From assembly GCA_000025185.1 (NCBI GenBank), contig CP001848.1:1800001-1832000 (forward strand): a stretch of 32,000 nt of DNA, given 5' to 3'. The notes under the pieces are model-generated. The model saw nothing but the letters and a program-made list of their open reading frames with translations. It was not told the origin of the DNA and ran no database searches. Of this stretch, positions 1-10,931 are shown one piece after another. Source of the DNA: Pirellula staleyi DSM 6068. Lineage in GTDB: Bacteria > Planctomycetota > Planctomycetia > Pirellulales > Pirellulaceae. Positions within the stretch are counted from its first letter, which is position 1. Each line of letters starts with the position of its first letter. Both the position numbers and the translations under genes were made by a program.

Positions 1-3000
1 AGAAGCTGTTTGACCAAATCGAGCCGGTGATGCGTCAGCGGAAGATCGCTCTCACCTACACCGAGAACATGCAGGACATCAGCAAGGAGAAGCTCGCTGA
101 GTTCGACACCCTGCTGATCTTCGCGAACATCACCGAGATCGCCCCCGATCAAGAGACGGCGCTACTGTCGTATGTCGAAGATGGAAAGTCGCTCGTTGCA
201 CTGCACTGCGCGAGTTTCTGCTTCCACAACAGCGAGAAGTACATCGCCCTGGTCGGTGGTCAGTTCAAACGCCACGGCACCGACACCTTCCGCACACGTG
301 TCGAAAATCGCGAGCATCCACTCGTGAAGGGATACGGCGGTTTTGAAAGTTGGGACGAGACCTACGAGCATCACAAGCACAACGACAAAGATCGCACCGT
401 GCTCGAGTATCGTCAGGAGGAGCCTTGGACCTGGATTCGGACGCAAGGCAAAGGACGCGTCTTCTACACCGCTTGGGGACACGACGAGCGCACGTGGGGC
501 AACGTCGGTTTTCATAACCTAGTGGAGCGTGGCATTCGCTGGGCAGTGGGAGCTGATCTTTCGGTCGTCGCCCCATTTGCCGATCAACAAGCGATGAACC
601 CGCCGCGTAAAGATGTCGCGCCGTTTCAGTATCAAGGTGCGAAGGTGCCGTTCTATCCTGCGGGACCTGGACGCAGCGGTGTAAAAGAAGGCGAGTATCC
701 GATGCAGCTGCCACTCGCTGCCGAGGAATCGCAAAAGCACATCATCACGCCGGTCGACTTCCAGCCGCAGCTGTTTGTCAGCGAGCCGATGCTCGAAGGC
801 AAACCACTTTGCATGGCCTGGGATCATCGTGGCCGCTTGTGGGTCGCTGAGTCGACCGACTATCCCAACGATCTTCAGCCGCGCGGCCCAGGTCGCGATC
901 GGATTCGTATTTTCGAAGACACCGATAACGATGGAAAAGCCGACAAATCGACCGTTTTTGCCGATCAACTCTCGATCCCCACGAGCATGGCGTTTGGCCG
1001 CGGCGGTGTGATTATTCACATGGCTCCCGACACGCTGCTACTGCGCGACACCAATGGCGACGACGTTGCCGACGAGCGTCACACACTCTTCTCCGGCTGG
1101 GGTACGGGCGACACTCACGCAGGTCCAAGCAATCTGAACTACGGCCACGACAACTGGTACTACGGCATCGTCGGCTATAGCGGATTCGAAGGTCAAATCG
1201 CAGGCGAGCGTCACTCGTTCCGCCAAGGTTTCTATCGCTTCCAGGTTGCCGAGAAAGATGGCCAGCCCAGCGTCACTGGGTTTGAGTTCCTCCGCAACAG
1301 CAGCAACAACAGCTGGGGCGTTGGCATCAGCGACGAAGGCATTCTGTTCGGCAGCACTGCCAACGGCAATCCAAGCATGTACCTCGCGATTCCCAATCGC
1401 TACTACGAGCGCGTGAACGGCTGGTCGTCGAGCGTGCTCGAAATGATCGCCGAATCGAATCGCGTTTATCCCGTGACCGACAAGATTCGTCAGGTCGATC
1501 ATCACGGTGGATTCACCGCTGCTGCAGGCCACGCGATCTACACCGCGCGCACTTATCCTAGCACCTACTGGAATCGAACTGCCTTTGTGAGCGAGCCGAC
1601 CGGGCACCTCACCGCGACACTCGTGCTCACCGCCAACGGCGCCGATTTCCGCTCCAAGAATAGCTGGAATCTGTTTGCCAGCGACGACGAATGGACCGCT
1701 CCGGTCAGTGCCGAAGTCGGCCCCGATGGTCATGTGTGGGTGATCGATTGGTACAACTACATTGTGCAACATAACCCTACGCCAGCCGGTTTTCAGAACG
1801 GCAAGGGGAATGCCTACGTCACCGATTTGCGCGACAAAAAGCATGGTCGCATCTATCGCGTCGTCTACACCAAGGCAGCGCCTGCGAAGCCGTTTTCGCT
1901 AGAAAACGCGACAACCGAGCAACTCGTCGAATCGCTTGCCAGCGACAATCTCTTGTGGCGTCGTCACGCGCAGCGGCTGCTGGTGGAGCGAGGCAACTTG
2001 GATGTTGTGCCGCTGCTGGTGAAGCTCATCGAGACTGCAAAGCCCGATGAACTCGGTATCGCCTCCGGCGCCGTGCATGCCATTGGCACGCTCGCCGGAC
2101 TTGGCGCGATCGAGCCTGCCAATGCTGAAGTTTGGGCCGCGATGAAAAACAGCCTCGCGCATCGGTCGCCAGCGGTTCGTCGCATGGCTGCCGTCGCGCT
2201 TCCGCGCACCGCAGCGGGTAGCGAATTGCTACTCGCCTCCAGCGTCACTACCGATGCCGATGCCCAAGTCCGTCTCGCCGCGCTCCTGGCGATTGCCGAT
2301 ATGCCAAGCTCTACAGCTGCAGCTCGCGCGATGGCTCAGTCGCTCGCCGACAAAACGCTGTGGGACGACCGCTGGCTCAGCGAAGCTGCCACTGCAGCTG
2401 CGGCAACGAATGCCGTCGAGTTCATCGAGCTCTCAAGCGCTGAAGCTCCTTCGCCACGTCAGCAAACTGCGCTTGCGATCATCGCAGGCCACATTGCTCG
2501 CAGCGAACTCGACCCAGCTGCGGTTGAAAAAATCTTGCTCTCGCTCGAGAAAAAGTCTCCCGCCGTCGCCTCGCAGCTACTGCGTAGTCTCTCGACCGCT
2601 TGGCCGAAGACTCGTAAAGTCGAACTGACCGAAGCGAGCGAAAACGCACTCGTCGCGCTCCTTGCAAAACTTCCCACGGCCGAGCGCGCGGGGCTCATTG
2701 GTCTTGCCACGCGGATGGGTAGCAAAAAGATGGCAGCCCAAGCCGACGAAGTGGTGAAGGCATTGCAAGAGACCCTGGCCGACCCCGAAGCCAAAGACGA
2801 TGCCAAACTCGACGCCGCGATTCAGCTCGTGGAGTTTGCGCCACAGTCCGACGAAATCGGCGCACTCGTGATCGAGAACATCACCCCGCGCACTTCCCCC
2901 GAAGCGTCGCAGAAAATGCTCGAAGCACTTCGTCGTAGCGAGTCCCCCGCCACAGCCGCTGCGATCATCGAAGCTGCCGGCGGCTTTACTCCCGCCAATC

Positions 3001-4229
3001 GCGCCGCTGCGATTCGTGTCCTCCTTTCGCGCGTCGACTGGACCGAATCGCTCGTAGCCGCGATGGAAGAAAAGAAGCTATCGTCGCTCGATCTGTCTCT
3101 CGATCAAAAGCAATCCCTCGCCACGCATCCCAACCGTCGACTCGCCTCGCGCGCTACCAAGATGCTCGCGCAAGGGGGTGGTCTGCCGAGCGCCGATCGC
3201 ACCAAAGTGCTCGACGAACTGATGCCTCTGACCCTTGAAAAAGGGAACGCCGATTCCGGTCTCGTCGTCTTCAAAAAGGTCTGCTCGAAGTGCCATATGC
3301 ACGGAACAGAAGGGAGTCGCATTGGTCCCGATCTTACCGGCATGGCGGTCCATCCCAAGAAGGAACTCCTGACACACATCATCGACCCGAGTCGCAGTGT
3401 GGAAGGAAACTTCCGAGTCTACGCACTCCTCACAGCCGATGGTCGTACGATCACGGGACTCTTGGCTGCCGAGACACGCACCTCGGTCGAACTGATCGAT
3501 GCTGAAGGGAAGAAACAAGTCGTTCCACGCGAAGAGATCGACCAACTTCGCCCCAGCGAAAAGTCGCTGATGCCCGAAGGTTTCGAGAAACAGATCACGA
3601 AAGTCGAGATGTCGGATCTGCTCGAATTCCTCACGAAAAAGGGGAAGTACTTGCCCCTGATGCTCGACAAAGTTGCCACCGTCGTCAGCACACGCGGCAT
3701 GTTCCACGGTGAAGAGATTCGCAGTGAATCGATGATTTTTGACGACTGGTCACCCAAGTTGTTCGAAGGTGTTCCGTTTCAGCTTGTCGATCCTCAAGGG
3801 GAAAAACGCCCCAACGCCATTCTGCTGAATGGTCCTAATGGCGAGATTCCGCCGAAGATGCCCCGCAAGGTGACCCTCGATCTAGGAACCCCTGCAACTG
3901 CTATTCACCTGCTGAGTGGCGTGAGTGGCTGGGGCTTTCCACTTGGTACGAAGGGGAGCACGTCGCTGATTGTGCGACTGGTGTACGCCGATGGCTCGAC
4001 TGAAGATCACGAGCTGAAGAACGGCGAGCACTTCTCCGACTACATTCGCCGCGAAGATGTGCCGGGCTCGAAGTACGCGTTTAACTTGCGTGGTAAACAG
4101 CTGCGCTTCGTGAGTGTGAAGCCTGCCAAGCAAGACGCGATCGCGAAGATCGAGCTTGTGAAAGGTAACGACTCCACCGCTCCCGTGGTGATGGCAGTGA
4201 CAGCCGAGCTTCCCACCGCAGCGCACTAA
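1..4229 (+). CDS. Multidomain redox protein, 5'-partial: ThuA-like domain + PVC-type membrane-bound dehydrogenase (beta-propeller) domain + HEAT-like repeats + mono-haem cytochrome c + C-terminal domain of unknown function
   Basis: ORF 27..4229. The frame stays open back to nt 3, so the true N-terminus probably lies upstream. ThuA-like motifs: LVALHCASF, GKGRVFYTAWGHDERTW, GIRWAV. Dehydrogenase motifs: CMAWDHRGRLWVAE, IFEDTDNDGKAD, GPDGHVWVIDWYN, GRIYRV. Long Ala/Leu-rich HEAT-like segment. Single CSKCH haem-c motif at 3282-3296 with SLMPEGF downstream. Confidence 0.85.
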   Translation, partial: KLFDQIEPVMRQRKIALTYTENMQDISKEKLAEFDTLLIFANITEIAPDQETALLSYVEDGKSLVALHCASFCFHNSEKYIALVGGQFKRHGTDTFRTRVENREHPLVKGYGGFESWDETYEHHKHNDKDRTVLEYRQEEPWTWIRTQGKGRVFYTAWGHDERTWGNVGFHNLVERGIRWAVGADLSVVAPFADQQAMNPPRKDVAPFQYQGAKVPFYPAGPGRSGVKEGEYPMQLPLAAEESQKHIITPVDFQPQLFVSEPMLEGKPLCMAWDHRGRLWVAESTDYPNDLQPRGPGRDRIRIFEDTDNDGKADKSTVFADQLSIPTSMAFGRGGVIIHMAPDTLLLRDTNGDDVADERHTLFSGWGTGDTHAGPSNLNYGHDNWYYGIVGYSGFEGQIAGERHSFRQGFYRFQVAEKDGQPSVTGFEFLRNSSNNSWGVGISDEGILFGSTANGNPSMYLAIPNRYYERVNGWSSSVLEMIAESNRVYPVTDKIRQVDHHGGFTAAAGHAIYTARTYPSTYWNRTAFVSEPTGHLTATLVLTANGADFRSKNSWNLFASDDEWTAPVSAEVGPDGHVWVIDWYNYIVQHNPTPAGFQNGKGNAYVTDLRDKKHGRIYRVVYTKAAPAKPFSLENATTEQLVESLASDNLLWRRHAQRLLVERGNLDVVPLLVKLIETAKPDELGIASGAVHAIGTLAGLGAIEPANAEVWAAMKNSLAHRSPAVRRMAAVALPRTAAGSELLLASSVTTDADAQVRLAALLAIADMPSSTAAARAMAQSLADKTLWDDRWLSEAATAAAATNAVEFIELSSAEAPSPRQQTALAIIAGHIARSELDPAAVEKILLSLEKKSPAVASQLLRSLSTAWPKTRKVELTEASENALVALLAKLPTAERAGLIGLATRMGSKKMAAQADEVVKALQETLADPEAKDDAKLDAAIQLVEFAPQSDEIGALVIENITPRTSPEASQKMLEALRRSESPATAAAIIEAAGGFTPANRAAAIRVLLSRVDWTESLVAAMEEKKLSSLDLSLDQKQSLATHPNRRLASRATKMLAQGGGLPSADRTKVLDELMPLTLEKGNADSGLVVFKKVCSKCHMHGTEGSRIGPDLTGMAVHPKKELLTHIIDPSRSVEGNFRVYALLTADGRTITGLLAAETRTSVELIDAEGKKQVVPREEIDQLRPSEKSLMPEGFEKQITKVEMSDLLEFLTKKGKYLPLMLDKVATVVSTRGMFHGEEIRSESMIFDDWSPKLFEGVPFQLVDPQGEKRPNAILLNGPNGEIPPKMPRKVTLDLGTPATAIHLLSGVSGWGFPLGTKGSTSLIVRLVYADGSTEDHELKNGEHFSDYIRREDVPGSKYAFNLRGKQLRFVSVKPAKQDAIAKIELVKGNDSTAPVVMAVTAELPTAAH

Positions 4230-4264
4230 CCAGCCCGCACTCGGTAACGATTTTTTGTGCAACC

Positions 4265-4374
4265 CGTAGGTTAGGTGCCCGCTCAGGCACCTGACAGGAG
4301 ATCGGGTTATCTCCTATTAGTCGAGTGGCAGGGGCGACTCGGCCTAGCTTCGTAGGGCAGGCTTCCGCCTGCCT
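4265..4374. repeat. Four consecutive stem-loops filling the convergent gap between the redox protein and tadC; probable bidirectional terminator / REP-like units
   Basis: Hand-folded hairpins. 4271-4294: AGGTGCC/GGCACCT, 6-nt loop. 4296-4315: GGAGAT/ATCTCC, 6-nt loop. 4320-4343: CGAGT/ACTCG core. 4355-4374: GGCAGGC/GCCTGCC, TTCC loop. The first and fourth are preceded by or overlap CGTAGG (4265-4270, 4351-4356). Confidence 0.4.
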
Positions 4375-4387
4375 AAGCAATTGCAAC

Positions 4388-5377
4388 TTACCCGCCACCA
4401 TTCATGGCGGGGAACATCTCGCGCACCATCGTGATGGCTGCCGGTCCGACCAGCACCACGAAGATGCCCGGAAAGATGAATAGCACCAGCGGGAAGATCA
4501 ATTTCACCGCTGTTTTTGCCGCTTTTTCCTCGGCGATCTGACGCCGACGCGTGCGCATCGCATCGCTTTGCACGCGGAGTGCTTGGGCGATACTCGAACC
4601 AAATTTATCGGCCTGAATCAAAATCGACGACAGCGATTTGAGATCGTCGACACCGCTGCGACTACCGAGTTCTTGAAGCACTTGCGTCCGTCCACGACCC
4701 ATTTGCAGCTGCAAGTTGCAGAGGCTGAATTCTTCCGCGATCACGCGATAGCTCTTGCGCATTTCTTCCGAAACTTTACGCATCGCCTGATCGAGACCGA
4801 GCCCCGCTTCGACGCACACCACCATCAAGTCGAGCGCATCGGGAAGGCCCAAGAAGATCGATTCTTTACGCTTGCGCCCCAGCCACCAAACGATGCCGTC
4901 GGGGAAATAAAACATACCACCGGCGATCAGCACCACGCGCATCAGAGCCCCTTGGCTCAAACCCATGATGGCCACGGTTGTGCCACCGCCGAGAAACAGC
5001 CCGATGATGAGGCAGACAAACTTCGCACCCAAAAAAATCTGAGGTGCACCTTCGCCGCGAAAGCCGGCGTAGGAGAGTTTCATCTTCAGATTCGTCGCTT
5101 CTTTAGCCGTTTTGGGCTGCAAAGGTTTGGCGAGTGCCGGCGAAGCTGCTTCGAGCATTCGGGTCATTGCATCCGAGCCACCCTTCTTGGCTGCTTCTTC
5201 GCGGCGTTTGCGGGCAATCGGATCTTTGTAATCTTCGAGGCGCTGTTCCGCGCGAGAGTTGCGTGCCGAGAAAAAGTCGACCGCCACCCACACCAGTGCT
5301 GCGATTAAGCCGAAGACAGCGATCTGCACCATGATGGGGCTGAGCTGAAGACTGGCAAAGAATGTTGTGAAGATCAT
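4388..5377 (-). CDS. tadC: Tad/Flp pilus assembly inner-membrane platform protein TadC (T2SS-F family)
   Basis: 329-aa polytopic ORF. T2SS-F/TadC-type C-terminus: IAEEKAAKTAVKLIFPLVLFIFPGIFVVLVGPA. Last gene of the cpaF-tadB-tadC series on the same strand. Confidence 0.8.
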   Translation of the reverse strand: MIFTTFFASLQLSPIMVQIAVFGLIAALVWVAVDFFSARNSRAEQRLEDYKDPIARKRREEAAKKGGSDAMTRMLEAASPALAKPLQPKTAKEATNLKMKLSYAGFRGEGAPQIFLGAKFVCLIIGLFLGGGTTVAIMGLSQGALMRVVLIAGGMFYFPDGIVWWLGRKRKESIFLGLPDALDLMVVCVEAGLGLDQAMRKVSEEMRKSYRVIAEEFSLCNLQLQMGRGRTQVLQELGSRSGVDDLKSLSSILIQADKFGSSIAQALRVQSDAMRTRRRQIAEEKAAKTAVKLIFPLVLFIFPGIFVVLVGPAAITMVREMFPAMNGGG

Positions 5378-5463
5378 GGCAGCACTTCTTCAGGGAGCAG
5401 TGGAAAAATCGTCGGGATGAAACAGGGACAGTTGCCAAAGCCGCGAGTCGCCATGGTCTGGCG

Positions 5464-6429
5464 CTAAACTTTGATATTCACGATCTTGCGAATCACGAGC
5501 GCGCCGATCAGCTGCATCACCACAGCTCCGGCGAGCATCTGGTGACCCATCGGATCGGTGAAGAGCGCCATGCAGTATTGCTGGTTCAGTCGCCACATCA
5601 CCACGAACAGCACGGGGGGCAAAGCGAGGAGCACAATACCCGACAAACGACCTTCGCCCGTGAGCGCTTGGATTTGTCCCCAAATCTTGTAGCGTTCGCG
5701 AACCAGGTGACCGATTTTGTCGAGAATTTCTGCAAGATCACCACCCGTTTGACGCTGCAAGATCACCGCCGTCGCGAAGAACCTGAGATCGAGGTTCGGC
5801 ACACGAACCGTCATTTCATCGATTGCTTCTTCGAGTGGAACGCCCAGGTTTTGGGCTTCGTAGCAGCGTTCGAATTCCACGGCGATCGGGCCACCCAGTT
5901 CATCAGCAACCAGTTTGAAACCTGAGGCGAGCGAGTGACCAGCGCGCAGTGCGCGGCTGATAAGTTCGAGCGCTTCAGGCAGCTGACGTGCGAAATGCGC
6001 TAGCCGTCGATTCCGCTTCATCAAGAACCAGATCCAAGGTGTCACACCCATGATCGCGCCCAGCGGAGCGAGGTAGATCGGCACCCGGCAGACAGCCACG
6101 ATCACCATCCCGATAATCGCAGCGATCACCGAGACGAGAAAGAATCGACTCGGCGAGAGTTGCGTGTCGGCTTGCTGCAGGAACGCGCGGATGTTGAAGT
6201 ACTTCGAAAAGTATTCTTCGATCACGCTCGGCATGTCGTCGAGCGGTGTTTGCAGCACGTTGGTGTCGGCTTGCTTCCCTTTGGTGTTGGGCTGCGCAGC
6301 ACCAGTCAGCACTGCCAGACGATCTTCGACCGCCGTTGCTTGCTCGGTGCGCAGGAACATCGAGGCCACTCCTCCGACGAGGCAGGCCACTCCGATGAAC
6401 GACGCAATGAGAATCAGCAGAGTCATCAT
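5464..6429 (-). CDS. tadB: Tad/Flp pilus assembly inner-membrane platform protein TadB (T2SS-F family)
   Basis: 321-aa polytopic ORF with T2SS-F motifs (LPEALELISRALRAGHSL, GDLAEILDKIG, EGRLSGIVLLALPPVLF). Lies 74 nt downstream of cpaF. Confidence 0.8.
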   Translation of the reverse strand: MMTLLILIASFIGVACLVGGVASMFLRTEQATAVEDRLAVLTGAAQPNTKGKQADTNVLQTPLDDMPSVIEEYFSKYFNIRAFLQQADTQLSPSRFFLVSVIAAIIGMVIVAVCRVPIYLAPLGAIMGVTPWIWFLMKRNRRLAHFARQLPEALELISRALRAGHSLASGFKLVADELGGPIAVEFERCYEAQNLGVPLEEAIDEMTVRVPNLDLRFFATAVILQRQTGGDLAEILDKIGHLVRERYKIWGQIQALTGEGRLSGIVLLALPPVLFVVMWRLNQQYCMALFTDPMGHQMLAGAVVMQLIGALVIRKIVNIKV

Positions 6430-6503
6430 AAAATCACGTATTCTCAGCGAAAAATGCGACTTCTCATGTCAGGTGATCGCACTGGCAGTAACACATCTTC
6501 GAA

Positions 6504-7826
<1,323 letters not shown>

Positions 7827-8843
7827 GGTCGTTCTTCACACAGCAAAAGGGTCGGTGGGGAGACGGTCACTGCTGGTCGAAAGGCCCCGCCGCATGCCTG
7901 AGGTGAGCGCGTGGCTGAGGAGCGTCAGCACGCACCGAGCACCCGAGGGCAGGCAAGAACGAAGGGGCTATTCCTCTCGTCCGTCAGAAACATAGCTCAC
8001 CGGTGTGCGCAAGCTGCAGAAAGTTTGCGGGCTGCTTACGCGAGCTGCTGACCCTAGCGATTGTGTCGATCGAAGCGACACCTGCGGTCAGACGTTCCAG
8101 AACGGAGTTCCAGCCCGGCGGCCGGAAAACCGCAATAAAATGTGTAAAATTTCTGCAAATTATGAGGATCGAAACAGGCCTAAGGGAGAGCATGCTTCCC
8201 CAGCGATGAAGGCCAAACCGCAAGCTGTCGTGCTGGTTCGTAAGCTTGATCAGCGTTGTAAGGTGCTGAATTTAAATGCTTTGCACTACATATCGGTAGC
8301 GACTTAAGTGCATTGACTTGCGGTACGCCGCAAAACCGGCATCGGAACATTCGCTACCACTCATTTTCTCGCGACTTGCAAAATACTAGCCAATTCGGTT
8401 GCATCCAATTAGTATAAAACGCATGCGGATGAGTCCCAAGCAAGTGGACGACTATGACATCTGGCTTTGGAGGTATCCCTGGAATCAGGATGCATGCAAA
8501 AGCCAGGTCTCTCTCTCGAGGCTTCCAGTTTTGGTTGGGAATAGTGGCGCTCGTTTTCGACGAAGTAGCTGATCACTGCTTGGTCGAGACGTTCAAGGAT
8601 GGTGGTTGGCAGGTGGGCAAGACCTGCTGACCCATGCGTCCCGTTGGATTGGCCGGTGGCTCGTTGCCAGGGTTGGCGACGGCACCAGCAGCATCACTTC
8701 CCTATGGGCAAGTGCTGACCCAAACCCGTTGATCGGTCCCCCAAAATATTTCCAAGCTTCCTGCCAACGAAGCGAACACCGAGAGGTCTTTGCTTCCAGA
8801 TCGGCGCTTCATTCGCGTCGAGCCCTCCGAACAAGCCTGCCTT

Positions 8844-9668
8844 ATGTCTATTCCGTCTGTCGCCTCGGTACCACTGCGCTCTTTTAGCGCGCAGGCCGAG
8901 ACCCATACCACCGCACCCCGGCTCTCTGTAGTAGTTCCCTGCTACAACGAAGCGGAATCGATGCCGCAGCTGCTCGCCGCGCTGGCGCGCTTGCAAGTTC
9001 AGCTGGCACCGATGTCGCTCGAGCTGGTGCTGGTCGACGATGGTAGCAGCGACACCACCTGGAAACTGCTGTGCGACAATTTGAAGTCGCGTAAAGATGT
9101 GCAGCTGGTGCGGCACGAGCAGAATCGTGGCATCGCGGCGGCGATCGACAGCGGCATTCGTGCCGCTTCGAGCGAAGTGGTGGCGAGCATCGATGCCGAC
9201 TGCACCTACGACCCCTCGCAGCTCGCGGCCATGCTTCCGCTGATGCAGGACGATGTCGATCTGGTGGTCGCCTCCCCCTATCACCCGCAAGGTGCCGTGA
9301 TCGGTGTGCCGAAGTGGCGTCTGGCGATCTCGCAAATGGCGAGTCGACTTTACGCGCTCGTGCTGCGTAACAAACTCTACACCTACACCAGCTGCTTTCG
9401 CCTCTATCGGCGTAGCGCGGTCCTGTCGCTTCCGCCCCAGCAACCTGGGTTTGTCGGTGTCGTCGAAATGCTCTGTCAGATCGATGCCCGGGGCGGTCGT
9501 GTCGTCGAAGCTCCTGCCATTCTCACGGTGCGAGCGTTCGGCCAATCCAAAATGAAAGTCGTGCGAGCCACGCTCGCGCACTTGCAGCTCCTGGCACAAG
9601 CCTCGCTGCAACGTTTGGTTTCGTTGTTTCGTCGTGCTCCGGTCAAGCACCCGTCCGCTTCACGTTAG
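8844..9668 (+). CDS. Family 2 glycosyltransferase, DPM1/ArnC-like (putative polyprenyl-phosphate sugar synthase)
   Basis: GT-A signature: RLSVVVPCYNE, LVLVDDGSSDTT, IDADCTYDP. No C-terminal TM helices. Start uncertain: ATG 8844 preferred, but the ORF opens at TTG 8790. Confidence 0.85.
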   Translation: MSIPSVASVPLRSFSAQAETHTTAPRLSVVVPCYNEAESMPQLLAALARLQVQLAPMSLELVLVDDGSSDTTWKLLCDNLKSRKDVQLVRHEQNRGIAAAIDSGIRAASSEVVASIDADCTYDPSQLAAMLPLMQDDVDLVVASPYHPQGAVIGVPKWRLAISQMASRLYALVLRNKLYTYTSCFRLYRRSAVLSLPPQQPGFVGVVEMLCQIDARGGRVVEAPAILTVRAFGQSKMKVVRATLAHLQLLAQASLQRLVSLFRRAPVKHPSASR

Positions 9669-9692
9669 TCCTTCAAGTTTGGGTAAGGTTTC

Positions 9693-10931
9693 ATGAGTAC
9701 TGCTACTACCATTGCTCCGCCCCTTCCGCTTCCCAGCGATCAGGACGCCAGCGGACGAACGCTCGGTGAAGAAGAGATCGCCCTGGTGGCGGAGGCCATT
9801 CGGACCGGAACACTCACGAGCACCAAAGGGGCGTTCGTCAAAAAACTCGAGAATTCCTGGTCGAAACTGCTGGGGGTGAAACATACCCACGCCTGTGCGA
9901 CCGGCAGCGGCGCGATTCATTGTGCCGTTGCAGCGGTCAATCCAGAACCGGGCGATGAGATCGTCACCACGTCGATCACCGACATGGGGGCGCTCACTCC
10001 CATTCTCTATCAGGCTGCGATTCCAGTCTTTGCCGACGTCGATCCTGCCACCTGCAACGTCACGGCGGCAACGGTCGAAAAAGTTCTCAGCGAGCGAACC
10101 AAGGCGGTGATCGTCACGCACCTGTTTGGCAACCCTTGCGAAGTGAGCGCGATTGTCGAGCTCTGCAAGCCCCGCGGCATTGCCGTGATCGAAGATTGTG
10201 CCCAAGCCTTCATGGCTCGCGAGCATGGCCAGCTGGTGGGGACCATCGGCGATATCGGCTGCTTCAGTTTGCAACAAGGCAAGCACATCACCACCGGTGA
10301 AGGTGGTCTGGTGACGAGCAACAGTGATGAACTCGCGCGCCGCATGTACCTGTTCATCAATAAGGCCTGGGGCTATGGCGATCCTAAGCCCGATCACTAC
10401 TTCCTGGCGCTCAACAACCGGATGACCGAACTGCATGGCGCCGTGGCTGTCGCGCAGCTCGAGAAGCTCGCTTTCTCGGTCGATCAGCGGATCAAGATGG
10501 CCGACGAACTCTCGGCGCTGCTGGCCGATCTGCCGGGCATCGCCACGCCGCAGGTGGCAGCGGGCAACGTCCACACCTACTGGAAATATTGCCTTCGGGT
10601 CGACGCCAGCGAGATTCCAGGGGGCTCGGTGAAACTGGGGGCCGAACTGAAAACTCGGGGCATCTTCTCCGCCCCGCGCTACATCCAAAAACCAGCGTTT
10701 GCCTGCGAAATCTTCAGCGAGCAACGCACTTTTGGAAACAGCAAATTCCCCTTCACGCTCGCCCGTCCGGAAGCGGTGGACTACAGCCGCGATCGCTTCC
10801 CCGGAACCTATCAGGGGCTCGAAGAAGTCCTCGTTCTACCGTGGAACGAACGCTACGAGAGCCATCACGTCCGCTACATCGCTGATTCGATCATCGCATC
10901 GGTCGCACAGCTTCGAGGTACCCACGCATGA
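9693..10931 (+). CDS. DegT/DnrJ/EryC1/StrS-family PLP-dependent sugar aminotransferase (WbpE/WlbC/GnnB-like)
   Basis: 412 aa. PLP-lysine context SLQQGKHITTGEGG and the DCAQAF motif. Its stop overlaps the next start (ATGA at 10928-10931). Confidence 0.9.
   Translation: MSTATTIAPPLPLPSDQDASGRTLGEEEIALVAEAIRTGTLTSTKGAFVKKLENSWSKLLGVKHTHACATGSGAIHCAVAAVNPEPGDEIVTTSITDMGALTPILYQAAIPVFADVDPATCNVTAATVEKVLSERTKAVIVTHLFGNPCEVSAIVELCKPRGIAVIEDCAQAFMAREHGQLVGTIGDIGCFSLQQGKHITTGEGGLVTSNSDELARRMYLFINKAWGYGDPKPDHYFLALNNRMTELHGAVAVAQLEKLAFSVDQRIKMADELSALLADLPGIATPQVAAGNVHTYWKYCLRVDASEIPGGSVKLGAELKTRGIFSAPRYIQKPAFACEIFSEQRTFGNSKFPFTLARPEAVDYSRDRFPGTYQGLEEVLVLPWNERYESHHVRYIADSIIASVAQLRGTHA

Noticed and set aside
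7827-8120. Sigma-54 promoter upstream of cpaF: CTGGAAC-N6-CTGGAAC on the minus strand (8094-8113)
   Set aside because: The element is a direct repeat of TGGAAC, not the TGGCAC-N5-TTGC -24/-12 arrangement, and no TTGC lies at the required spacing.
7984-8223. 79-aa minus-strand ORF upstream of cpaF, considered as a possible Flp pilin
   Set aside because: It lacks the Flp hallmark (G/XXXXEY processing motif followed by a hydrophobic helix), uses a TTG start, and its first half has atypical codons.
8423-8630. Two short plus-strand ORFs in the 1-kb gap: 8423..8572 (49 aa) and 8490..8630 (46 aa, with a hydrophobic stretch)
   Set aside because: Their codon usage is rich in AGG, AGT, CTT, TTG, GTT and ATA, unlike neighbouring genes. 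No convincing ribosome-binding-site spacing and no recognisable motif. They remain only a remote possibility.
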